This document shows, one piece after another, positions 43,112 through 52,164 of a stretch of DNA of 64,000 nt. The DNA comes from a virus. The translations under genes and the position numbers were made by a program. Position 1 is the first letter of the stretch, and every line of letters begins with the position of its first letter. The notes beneath the pieces were generated by a model. That model was not told the origin of the DNA. It ran no database searches and saw only the letters and a list, made by a program, of their open reading frames with translations. The stretch is taken from positions 13,902-77,901 of the IMG/VR virus record IMGVR_UViG_3300042261_001929; one strand, given 5' to 3'.

Positions 43112-43652
43112 TTTTTTATTCTCCCTAGAAAGAACCTTTTCGGTTCAATCGGATTTCGAAAGAAAACCGAGAATCACATCCTCGATTTTCAAAGTGAGGT
43201 TTCCGAGTCGGACGGAACAAAACCACTATCCCCACACCACCTTGAAGATTTCATAAAGTGGAATCAGCATCATAATCGATATGCATACAATCGCGAATGC
43301 TGCAATCCAGTATACAAAATCTCTTGTTTCGGTAGCACATCGTATTATTAACTTCGTGCCAATGAATATATAGTAATATGCCACGGTGACAAGTATGACT
43401 CCCATAGCACACGCAATTTGCTCCATCATATTCATGCCCATACGATACTCAATACTTTTCCTGACAGTATCAGGAGAACCAAGTCAAAGGCCACCATGAG
43501 GGTGAATACCAATAATCGGATCATTCCGAGTCCTTGTCCCATCCTGTTCATGAGATATATTATATACACAAATACGATATTCATCAATATGACACATATC
43601 GATGCGAATATTGCATAGCCAATGAACATATCTACCTCTTTTTGGTTTTTTA

Positions 43653-43736
43653 CGCCAGCCGTCTGATTCGAACAGACAAGACCCTTGCGGGCCAACGGTT
43701 TTCAAGACCGTCGCAGTACCATTGTGCCAGGCTGGC
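43653..43736 (-). tRNA. tRNA-Ser(UGA)
   Basis: GCCAGCC/GGCTGGC-G; ACGGT CT TGA AA ACCGT; long variable arm. Confidence 0.92.
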
Positions 43737-43816
43737 ATCCTGCCTGATGTCTCACTATCTTACTATACATTCTGATAGTATTTAAGCTTTTTGGTTTGAA
43801 GCGTCGGTGAAGAGAT

Positions 43817-44236
43817 TCATCTTACTATGTAATCCTTGCCATAATTATGGTTATTTCCGTTGTTTGTTTTTGTCGGATCAATCCTTATCGTAAGGCATCT
43901 ATGCCCCTCAATCCGATCTATTGGGATCTTATATAAATTACCATCTGTCATACAGTATACCCAAATTTCATCGATCTCGTCAGATGTATAATATTTGCGA
44001 ACATTTTCGTACTTGTTACTGTTTAACGAAAACCCACTAACTTTAATCGTGCCATTCTTCTTGGCTATGTTTTTAACTTGGATTCTAGTAAAATTTCCAT
44101 CCTTTTCCGATACTAGATCATATCTATTGTTGTCTCCAAATGGAATCGACACATTATATCCATTATAGAGTAGATATTCCAGAACCTTTATTACACCAAT
44201 ATCACCCTTGCGTTTCGTGTTCATAATATTATTCAT
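43817..44236 (-). CDS. PD-(D/E)XK homing-type endonuclease (group I intron-associated family)
   Basis: NTKRKGDIG..GYNVSIPFGDNNRYDLV..RIQVK..YTSDEID. The ORF-track start overlaps a tRNA and was moved. Confidence 0.85.
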   Translation of the reverse strand: MNNIMNTKRKGDIGVIKVLEYLLYNGYNVSIPFGDNNRYDLVSEKDGNFTRIQVKNIAKKNGTIKVSGFSLNSNKYENVRKYYTSDEIDEIWVYCMTDGNLYKIPIDRIEGHRCLTIRIDPTKTNNGNNHNYGKDYIVR

Positions 44237-44247
44237 CCCAACAAACA

Positions 44248-44333
44248 CGGTGAGAAGGAGAATCGAACTCCTGTGAATCAATTAAGATTCAACGGTTTAG
44301 CAGACCGTCGCTATACCACTAAGCGACCTCACC
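44248..44333 (-). tRNA. tRNA-Ser(GCU)
   Basis: GGTGAGG/TCTCACC-G; ACGGT CT GCT AA ACCGT; long variable arm. Confidence 0.92.
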
Positions 44334-44357
44334 ACAGTACTAGGATATCATACCTAG

Positions 44358-44373
44358 TATTTAAGACTTTCGG
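44358..44373 (-). promoter_or_regulatory. BRE/TATA promoter for tRNA-Ser(GCU)
   Basis: CCGAAAGTCTTAAATA 25 nt upstream of the tRNA. Confidence 0.65.
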
Positions 44374-45699
44374 AAACACTCTGGTTCGCATACCTTGATA
44401 AATTTGTCTGGATTGTGAACCTCGATTGTTACCCATTCTTTTGTTTCGTGCCAATTTTCTTTACAAATTTCTCTTCTCATTCCGATTCTAGGCACCATGT
44501 CACCTATTCTCATAATGACATCATTTGTAATATCTTGTGAAATCACAAACTCGGCATCACTGTTCTTGATTCCTCGTGGCACTAAGTAATAAACATTTTT
44601 TGGTATATGATCAACAACAAATGTTTTTATATCCCTGAATGCGGGCAGCTCATGTGATGATATTATATACTCGATGTCAAATTCCATTAAAGCGGATAAT
44701 AAGTTATCGCGAATTGTCTTTGTGCTATCAATTCCAACCAAACCGAATACCTTTTCACCATGAATGAAAACATAATCTTCGGTTTTGTGTATAGAACCAG
44801 ATGCCACCATTTCTTTGAATCGGACATATCCAATATCTTTCCCACTCACCTCGTTAGTTGTGAACCCTTCAGCTACCATAAACATCTGATGTTTTCCATC
44901 GAAATCAATATCTCTCGATACACCAATATCACGGGATGGTAATATCTTTCTTACAATATTTAACTCATAAATTTTACTAACGTCATTCAATAACTCAATA
45001 TCTTCTACAGGAATTGCACCTTTCGGTATAAAATTTCCCATTATTTTTCACATCCATTTATTTTATTTGGGATATATATGGTCTACAGACCCTTACAAAC
45101 TCATCTGGTTTATGAATTTCAACCGTTGCCCATTCACTAATATAATGCCACCATTTCCCATCTTCACCTAAATATGGGGATTCCTCATGAAGGTCTTCGG
45201 ATATCACAAATTCCGCAACCTCTGGATCAAGCATGGACTTCGCTGGTATAATATAATGTTCATATTTAGGTATATATGGACAATAATGTACGTCAATACC
45301 ACATGGATCTAACCATCGTGAAGAAGTTATTATGGAACATGGACTAAACTCTTTAATAGTGTTATATAAATCAGTTCGTATCGTTTTAGTGCTATCGATA
45401 CCTATTAATCCTAATGAGCTTTCACCACATATAAAGCAATGGTCTTCTAATGAGAAGATGTTCCTCTTCGCGATCTCCTTTTCACGGTCGGCTATATCAT
45501 CTTTTTCATTTGTATACCAACCACACGCGAATTTATACATCTGATAATACTTTGCCCATGCGGACTCGTTGCCTTTTGGATCTTTTTCCCACCATCGGAC
45601 AATATCAAACTCGATCTTTCCGACATTTCGTATGGGAAGAATGCTCCTTAATACGTTTTCTCTTCCCTTAACATTTCGATCATATTTTACTCTTGTCAT
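44361..45699 (-). CDS. Tandem paralogues (44361-45041, 45058-45699), possibly reduced encapsulin/HK97-like fold
   Basis: Shared R.ILP.R..G..I.FD, ED..FI.GE...GL.GIDSTKTIR, AEFVIS(Q/E)D, EW.T.E.H.PD.F..VC. Confidence 0.6.
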
Positions 45700-45866
45700 T
45701 ATTCACATCTTCTCTATTATTTATATTCCTTATTATTGTCAGTACGTCAGAAATTGTGCTCTCTACATACCGTTTGCTGACATTTGTTCTTATTATAATT
45801 CCAGGTCGCAACAAAGGACTGGAAAACTCAATTTGATAGGTTTCATTCATAAAAAATCACTGTTAG

Positions 45867-45942
45867 GTTGAGGGGTGGGGTTTGAACCCACGATCACCGG
45901 ATTCACAGTCCGGGGCTTTTATCCTGCTCAGCTACCCCCAAC
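45867..45942 (-). tRNA. tRNA-His(GUG) with genome-encoded G-1
   Basis: G-TTGGGGG/CCCTCAA-C; CCGGA CT GTG AA TCCGG. Confidence 0.9.
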
Positions 45943-45948
45943 ACGAAG

Positions 45949-46023
45949 CGGATCTGAAGGGATTTGAACCCCTGACCTATTGGTTCGTAGCCAATTGCTC
46001 TATCCAGACTGAGCCACAGATCC
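45949..46023 (-). tRNA. tRNA-Arg(ACG); A34
   Basis: GGATCTG/CAGATCC-G; ATTGG CT ACG AA CCAAT. Confidence 0.9.
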
Positions 46024-46276
46024 TTATTCTTCTGATTATCGTTCTAATATTTAAACTTTACTACCGTACCAAAGACATTCCAACCAGCATACCAATTATA
46101 AATATTGCAATAGCAATGTTAACAATTGATAGGATAAGAGCGTTTGGGATCTCTACAGAACTGTCCTTCATTTTGTTACCACTACCCTTTAAACGATATG
46201 CCCATCATTACTCCAATAAGTAGGCATCCTGCTCCATAAAAAATAATTAATAGTGTCTCGATTGAAACATATTTCA

Positions 46277-47089
46277 TTACTCATACCTCTTGTTATACAT
46301 CCTTCTGACGACATCAAAGGTTTTTTGATACGCCGGTAGCCTGAAATACCCTTCAGCAAGGCACGCATGATAAATATCGTATATATGCTCTGGTGTCAAT
46401 CTTTCAAGCTCTTCTTCCAGTGTATCTGGATCGCTGCCCAATAACATTTTCATCGGGCGAATGATTATATGGGCCTCGTTGCTCACAATGAAATCCACAT
46501 ATTCATGGACATTTCGTATGCCCGCAAAATTAATTCTCGATTCAATTGCAGCATTCAGCCCCCCGTATTTCCCATAGTAAACAAAGAACGCATCATTTTT
46601 GATGCCCCTTTGCTTCATGATATCGATTAATTTGCGTTCGTGCGTGCCTGTGATATTAACGTCATCAACAAAGATGAGAAGCTTTCCTTCTAAGAACTCT
46701 ATGTTCATGTAGAAGTCATCGTTATTTATCAAAGCCTCGCGCTTTTCCTTGTTCAAGAATCCATAATCGTTAATATAAGACACTTTCCTGTGGATTGTAT
46801 CGTATTCCACTGGAGATCCATTTTCATGAACCAGTTGCTCATTTAACCGGTTCACAAAGTACTTTGTCATTATGGTTGCCGCGTTTGGTACATGGTTGTA
46901 CGGTGATGGAATCACTACCACCCGATTAGCAAGCAGCACGGCCATATGCTTCATAAAGAAGGCATCCGCCAACCTCTTCCCGAACTCCTTCGCGATTTCA
47001 ACACTCCCGAATTTCAGCATAGAATATTCTCTTGGTTGAAACCCAAACCCCTCGTCACCAAAATGATGTAAAGCAAAGCTCTCATGCAT
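46277..47089 (-). CDS. ComF-like phosphoribosyltransferase
   Basis: YSMLKFGS..PSPY..PNAA..LIFVDDVNITGTHE (PRPP-binding loop). Confidence 0.75.
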   Translation of the reverse strand: MHESFALHHFGDEGFGFQPREYSMLKFGSVEIAKEFGKRLADAFFMKHMAVLLANRVVVIPSPYNHVPNAATIMTKYFVNRLNEQLVHENGSPVEYDTIHRKVSYINDYGFLNKEKREALINNDDFYMNIEFLEGKLLIFVDDVNITGTHERKLIDIMKQRGIKNDAFFVYYGKYGGLNAAIESRINFAGIRNVHEYVDFIVSNEAHIIIRPMKMLLGSDPDTLEEELERLTPEHIYDIYHACLAEGYFRLPAYQKTFDVVRRMYNKRYE

Positions 47090-47094
47090 TTAAA

Positions 47095-47775
47095 TCAACA
47101 CTCCGTGAGTATATTAAGCAATTCATCTGGACTATTCACGCCTAAGCTGTTTATTCCAGCATGGAATGCCCCCAACACATCACAGTTATAATTATCACCA
47201 ACATGGACGATGCTATCTGCTTTTATTCCGACATCTCCCGCAAATAGTTTGATATGTTCAAAGAATGCCGGACTTGGTTTTGATCGCCCAACCTCATCAC
47301 TAAATATGCATCGATTAAACTTCAGTCCATTAGCGGTGAAGACATTCTTAAGAAACTCGCCCTTTATGAAATTTGTGTTGCTGCTTACGATAATTACTTT
47401 ACTTAGACGTAGCTTCATAATGACCCTAACTAATTCAGGATTGATTTTTGGGGGAAATATCTCCACAAGTTTTTCCATTCCCGCTCTGATCACGTTTGAG
47501 CGAGATGAGCATAAATTTAATCTCTCCGCAAATATATTATATATCACTGGAATGGTTGGGATCACGCCAAGGGTTAACTCCATTTTGGATAGATCCATTT
47601 TTAGCCCGCCATATACGGATTCTACAGTATCTTTCGGCAATCCAAATGTATCGGAAATAAACATGGTCCTTGCTTTTGCGTATTCCTTGTTCGGAGTAAG
47701 AACTGTATTCCATGCATCCAACGATATGAATTTTGCATCCTTTAATATCTGATTCATAGAACAAAGTGTGGACAT
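47095..47775 (-). CDS. HAD-superfamily hydrolase
   Basis: SLDAWNTV, SSNT, SDEVGRSKPS, HVGDNYNCDVLGA. Confidence 0.85.
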   Translation of the reverse strand: MSTLCSMNQILKDAKFISLDAWNTVLTPNKEYAKARTMFISDTFGLPKDTVESVYGGLKMDLSKMELTLGVIPTIPVIYNIFAERLNLCSSRSNVIRAGMEKLVEIFPPKINPELVRVIMKLRLSKVIIVSSNTNFIKGEFLKNVFTANGLKFNRCIFSDEVGRSKPSPAFFEHIKLFAGDVGIKADSIVHVGDNYNCDVLGAFHAGINSLGVNSPDELLNILTEC

Positions 47776-47795
47776 GCCATTATATAATGCTTGCG

Positions 47796-48442
47796 CTACA
47801 ATCGTATTGTAAACGCTGCATATTTCCAGCTATTTATAATTTCGTCTGGTTTTAAAAACCTTGGAGCAAGATCTTTTGGGTATACAACTAATCCCCAGCT
47901 ATCGGTGTTCCAATATTTTTCGGACAGGCACCTAACGACCATCCATCTTGTCATGTCCTCAGCCGTAACATCTCCCATCAATACAATGTTTCGATCGCGA
48001 TAATTGGGCACTTCTTCCCAAGTCCCGTCCTTCCGAGGAATTATTCGGTTACCGTTCTCACTTGATCTTATCGTAAAGTCATCACCAATTACCTTCTCTT
48101 TAGTCCTAAGCTTGATTCGCGAATTTAAACGCTCTATCTGCTCATATGAGAACTTGGGCTTCTTCTGAGGGAATAACCCGTTTAAAAGATTCAATATCAT
48201 ATTGGTTCGCCCTCCGAGGTGTAATCATAATCATATACATCTTCTGAGTCGAGACGGTTTACTATCTCTTGGTAAGATTCGCGCGATATAATACTTCGTT
48301 CTACAAGGCTATCCAAGAGATCCCCCAAAAGCGCCTTCCCTTCCCAAGCACTCTCAGGATATCTCCCATAAAGTTTATCATACTCTACGCAAAATTTTAC
48401 AATGTCATCCAACTTTATAAGAATATCAGTCATTACTATCAA
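47796..48442 (-). CDS. Two hypothetical genes (47796-48200, 48197-48442)
   Basis: Coupled ORFs. Confidence 0.5.
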
Positions 48443-49145
48443 CCAGCTTTATCTTCCCATCTTCAATAATCACATACCGGAACCTGTCTCCACCAAATCC
48501 CTCTTTAGAATACGGGTCAATGACATAAAAATTTTCCAATTTTCCTACGCTCTTCTCAATCCATGCCGGAGGAGTGTGCCCAACAACCTGAACTATGCTT
48601 TTGTACGGCAAGTCGTCAGGCTTTGGCCTATACCACAGTGGGCTATTGTCCTCCCACAAGTCCCTTAACTTCCTCGTGTTTAGGTAATGGGCTAAGCAAG
48701 TTGACGTGCTAGGAAAATCCTCTGTATAAAGATGACTATTAATCATTTTAATAAGTGGATCTATGTTTTGGAAATAGTAATCAGTTGATATTCCAGCATG
48801 TGTTATCAATATGTTATGGACCTTATGTTTCGGAAATTCATCAACGTGGGCAGCCATCGTAAACATGGAGCTTATTGAAACTATTTTATCTCTCGTTTCG
48901 GTATCATATACATTTTGCGGCCAAATTGCCTTGTTCAACGGCACCGCTGCATCATGATTTCCCCACAAAAGTTCTGCTTCATTTTTGATAAGTAATGCAA
49001 TGCATTCGAGGCCCTGATCTCCCACATCGATGATATCACCGGCATGTATTAACCGGTCAACCCCGATCTCATAACCAGAGTCCTTTAGTGCATTTTTAAT
49101 TAAATGTGGTTGTCCATGACAATCACTTATTACAAGAGTTCTCAT
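48426..49145 (-). CDS. Calcineurin-like metallophosphoesterase
   Basis: SDCHG, GDIIDVG, GNHD, HAG, VGHT. Confidence 0.9.
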   Translation of the reverse strand: MRTLVISDCHGQPHLIKNALKDSGYEIGVDRLIHAGDIIDVGDQGLECIALLIKNEAELLWGNHDAAVPLNKAIWPQNVYDTETRDKIVSISSMFTMAAHVDEFPKHKVHNILITHAGISTDYYFQNIDPLIKMINSHLYTEDFPSTSTCLAHYLNTRKLRDLWEDNSPLWYRPKPDDLPYKSIVQVVGHTPPAWIEKSVGKLENFYVIDPYSKEGFGGDRFRYVIIEDGKIKLVDSND

Positions 49146-49603
49146 TAGTTATACACCAACTCGTTGAGTTTGGACACGCATGTCTCCATACACTGTTTTT
49201 CCTTTATTGTGGCTTGATATTTACTTTCTAAAGTATTTGCTATATCTTTTACACATTCAACAACATCTGAATAATACTTAACGATTACTAGACATTCTTC
49301 AGCTCTTGACACATGAACATCGAGAGGCACGATTCTGTCCTTCGGAACCCGTTTGACTTTTCCCAAACTCAATGTGATCTCTTCTTCATCCCAAAAATAT
49401 CGCCGTATTCTAACTTCATATAGCTGCCCATTATGATCTATCAACCTCTTTGATGATATGCCATCACTTGGGATATATTTTTTTAGATGTTTCGGTATGT
49501 TCTTTTTTATGATGTCCGATTTGCAAGACTCAAAATTCTTTTCCTTTGGCTTCCGCTCATTTTCGTTAGCACAACAAAATAGCCTCTTTATAAAATTAAT
49601 CAT
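49145..49603 (-). CDS. Hypothetical protein
   Basis: GGTGA RBS; coupled to the next gene. Confidence 0.5.
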   Translation of the reverse strand: MINFIKRLFCCANENERKPKEKNFESCKSDIIKKNIPKHLKKYIPSDGISSKRLIDHNGQLYEVRIRRYFWDEEEITLSLGKVKRVPKDRIVPLDVHVSRAEECLVIVKYYSDVVECVKDIANTLESKYQATIKEKQCMETCVSKLNELVYN

Positions 49604-49633
49604 GTCTTATATCACCTTCAAAAAAAACAGTAG

Positions 49634-49710
49634 CGGATCTGGGGGGATTTGAACCCCCGAAATGGCGGGTTAAAAGCCCGCTGGACTCGGCCTGGCTATC
49701 CAACAGATCC
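49634..49710 (-). tRNA. tRNA-Lys(UUU)
   Basis: GGATCTG/CAGATCC-G; GCGGG CT TTT AA CCCGC. Confidence 0.88.
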
Positions 49711-50258
49711 AAAAATATTTAAATCTCGATCAGCTTTTTCGCTAAATCGAGAGGGAAAGACGCTCCTGTCTTCCCGATATCTGACGCGGCTCCAATTGGA
49801 TCATTCTCATATCGGAGACTTCCCATCCCAATGAATGCCTCTTCCCCATATTCTTCATTCCTTGTTATGACGATTCCAATGGGAAATGGATTATCCATTT
49901 GCTTAAACCATTTGTACCCAAGCAATGTCTTCATACAATTCCCTTTATCTCGATAGTATTTAAATCTTTCCCTACTTGATCTCAATTAACATTATGGTAG
50001 GCTCGGTATCTTCACTGATAGGTACATCATTTATAGAATTTATGATGCCCTTCATCGCGAGTCGGTTGAGTTCATCCATCGCGCGATCGCTGAGATTACC
50101 ATTCTCGCTGTTAATGATAATGGTCAATGAGTCTCTAACGATTGTTATTTGTGCCTTTACCATATCCCATGTCTTTCCCTTAGCAAGATATGCTTCAGCC
50201 GAAAGCACGACACCAATATCTCCCAATATTCCAACTGTTTCCTTGTTTTCCATGTATC

Positions 50259-51191
50259 TCACTCTTCAAAATGCCTAGCCAATTCATAATACATCATCAG
50301 GTGTTCTTCTACTACTATATAGCGATACTTTTCCATTTCTCTTACAGGAATAAGTATGATATCATCAGCATCGTCACCCGCACGCGGTTCACCTATTGCA
50401 TCAGCTACAAAGAACATGGTCATTACCATGTCGGATTTGTACCGCCAATCATTCACAAAGAATGAACCAAGATATCGAATTGTATCGTCTTTTGCCTCAA
50501 GATCAGCTTCCTCCTTGCATTCCTTAGCGGCCTGTACTTCTGCAAACTTATTTTTGTATTGACCTTTTCGATCAGGTTCAATATGACCACCGATAAATCT
50601 GATCTTACCATTGTCAGAGTCCTTTTTGATCATTACGAGCGTCGCAGCGCCTTCATGATATATGATTGGTGCTATATCAACGGTAGGAACCACCCGCACA
50701 TACTGATTTTGCGTGGCCCAAATTGCACCCCTTCTAAAGTTTTCACTGCCATCATCAGGGTTGCATGCTACCTGCTTTCTTTGAGATGTACCTGATTGGG
50801 AATTCATCTGTTGGGAGAACTCCTCAACTTGATATTTACCAAAGTAGTGAGGCAAGAAGCTATCCCTACCACCATACAGTTTGACTTTAGATCCTGGAGG
50901 AATATTTTTCGCTATCATTCGATCAAGTTCTTTCGACCATTCCACATCATCTCTTCGATCCATTATGGAGAGGACAACCACTTTTGGGAACCTATATTTT
51001 ATCATGTTCCGCCTCATCTCGATACTTAATGGGTCTGTATGATTTGGTCGTACTGGAGACTCACCTAAAACGACAATTACCCCATCGTTTTCAGCCATCA
51101 TGTACTTGATTAGCTCCTCATGTCCAACCGTTAGTGACGAGACCTGACATCTCATCACCGCAACACCAACGTTAGATCTTAACATAGCCAT
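50259..51191 (-). CDS. nadM: Bifunctional NMN adenylyltransferase / Nudix hydrolase (NadM-Nudix type)
   Basis: VMRCQ..LTVGH..DPLSIEMR..LYGGRDSF..SGT..R; Nudix box GGHIE..AAKECKEEADL..AGDDA. Confidence 0.85.
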   Translation of the reverse strand: MAMLRSNVGVAVMRCQVSSLTVGHEELIKYMMAENDGVIVVLGESPVRPNHTDPLSIEMRRNMIKYRFPKVVVLSIMDRRDDVEWSKELDRMIAKNIPPGSKVKLYGGRDSFLPHYFGKYQVEEFSQQMNSQSGTSQRKQVACNPDDGSENFRRGAIWATQNQYVRVVPTVDIAPIIYHEGAATLVMIKKDSDNGKIRFIGGHIEPDRKGQYKNKFAEVQAAKECKEEADLEAKDDTIRYLGSFFVNDWRYKSDMVMTMFFVADAIGEPRAGDDADDIILIPVREMEKYRYIVVEEHLMMYYELARHFEE

Positions 51192-51210
51192 ACCTACACA
51201 CTCATAGTAG

Positions 51211-51510
51211 TTAAAGGTTTTGGTCGTCTAACTCTCTATATAAGGTACGAACAAAATCAATCGTTATACTATTTACGGCAAACTTTCTCACCCACATATT
51301 ACCGATACTATCCCAACTAACATCAATCGATCCCAAATCAACCAAGTGGTCGATAGTTGTATGAAGTGTCGATGTGTTTATTGCACTATCATTTTTGTTT
51401 TCGTGCAATATAGAACTGAAATATGGTACTTCATTCTTTTCCTCTAACGAATAAATAGTAACCAACACTTTCAATTCATTCGATAGCATATTATATCTGG
51501 TTTGATTCAT
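51211..51510 (-). CDS. Probable winged-helix DNA-binding protein
   Basis: Start at ATG 51510 behind GAGGTGA; STLHTTIDHLVDLGSI resembles a wHTH. Confidence 0.55.
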   Translation of the reverse strand: MNQTRYNMLSNELKVLVTIYSLEEKNEVPYFSSILHENKNDSAINTSTLHTTIDHLVDLGSIDVSWDSIGNMWVRKFAVNSITIDFVRTLYRELDDQNL

Positions 51511-51526
51511 CAAAATCACCTCTAAA

Positions 51527-51605
51527 AGCTGGCGACCGGATTTGAACCGGTAATCCTTTCGGAGTCGATCTGCAATCGACCGCCTTACCACTCAGCCACA
51601 CCAGC
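51527..51605 (-). tRNA. tRNA-Cys(GCA) with an extra variable stem-loop
   Basis: GCTGGTG/CGCCAGC-U; GTCGA TT GCA GA TCGAC; variable arm TCC-GAAA-GGA. Confidence 0.88.
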
Positions 51606-51617
51606 AACAAAAAAAGG

Positions 51618-52163
51618 TTATCGCTCTTCGTATATTAACTTTTCGACCCAATCATGTTCATAACTTTGAGCATAATTTACTAACCATTCATATCTAAATT
51701 TCATTTCGCGAGCATCCCATAAAGCATGGTGTTCTATCTTCTTTTCGAGTACAGGCAACCTCGGATTTCCCAAACTGTGAGCCAACTGTTTGATATCGAG
51801 GCAATACATTGGGAAACCTCTTGGAAGATCTATCATTCGACCAAAGAGCCCACAGAACACAACCCAATCATAATCAGAATAGTAGCCCCAAAATTCGATA
51901 TCATCCGAATATCCAGAAACACCTTTTGACACAAAATTCAAAACATCATTTTTTATCTGTGCGCGAGTCTTTGCATTCGAGTAGTCAAGATGCCTAATAA
52001 CATTTTCAAATATCCAAGGGTCTGCATTCACAAAGCTGACTTCCTTTTTATCTACAACGGCATAATATTCTCTGTTATCCTCAGCCACGATTCCTATACT
52101 AAGCAACTCAATGGGTGCCTCAGACCCACGTTCTATAAATTCAGTATCCAAAAAATATTTCAT
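51618..52163 (-). CDS. DEDD 3'-5' exoribonuclease (Rv2179c/DUF5051-like)
   Basis: YFLDTEF..SIGIVAED.REYYA..YDWV..HHALWDAR. Confidence 0.85.
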   Translation of the reverse strand: MKYFLDTEFIERGSEAPIELLSIGIVAEDNREYYAVVDKKEVSFVNADPWIFENVIRHLDYSNAKTRAQIKNDVLNFVSKGVSGYSDDIEFWGYYSDYDWVVFCGLFGRMIDLPRGFPMYCLDIKQLAHSLGNPRLPVLEKKIEHHALWDAREMKFRYEWLVNYAQSYEHDWVEKLIYEER

Positions 52164-52164
52164 G

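Noticed and set aside
43115-43225. Short hairpins upstream of ORF 42344-43111 as a riboswitch
   Set aside because: Only two 5-bp stems and no recognisable aptamer consensus.
45882-46223. Plus-strand ORFs over tRNA genes (also 57288-57707, 57577-57789, 58477-58794, 60163-60435, 62028-62510)
   Set aside because: They are antisense translations of tRNA or ncRNA genes.
51511-51591. N-terminal extensions running into neighbouring features (51211-51591, 43817-44281, 56662-57114, 58081-58467, 62863-63267, 28405-29085)
   Set aside because: The extensions overlap tRNA/ncRNA elements or another gene; downstream starts fit better.
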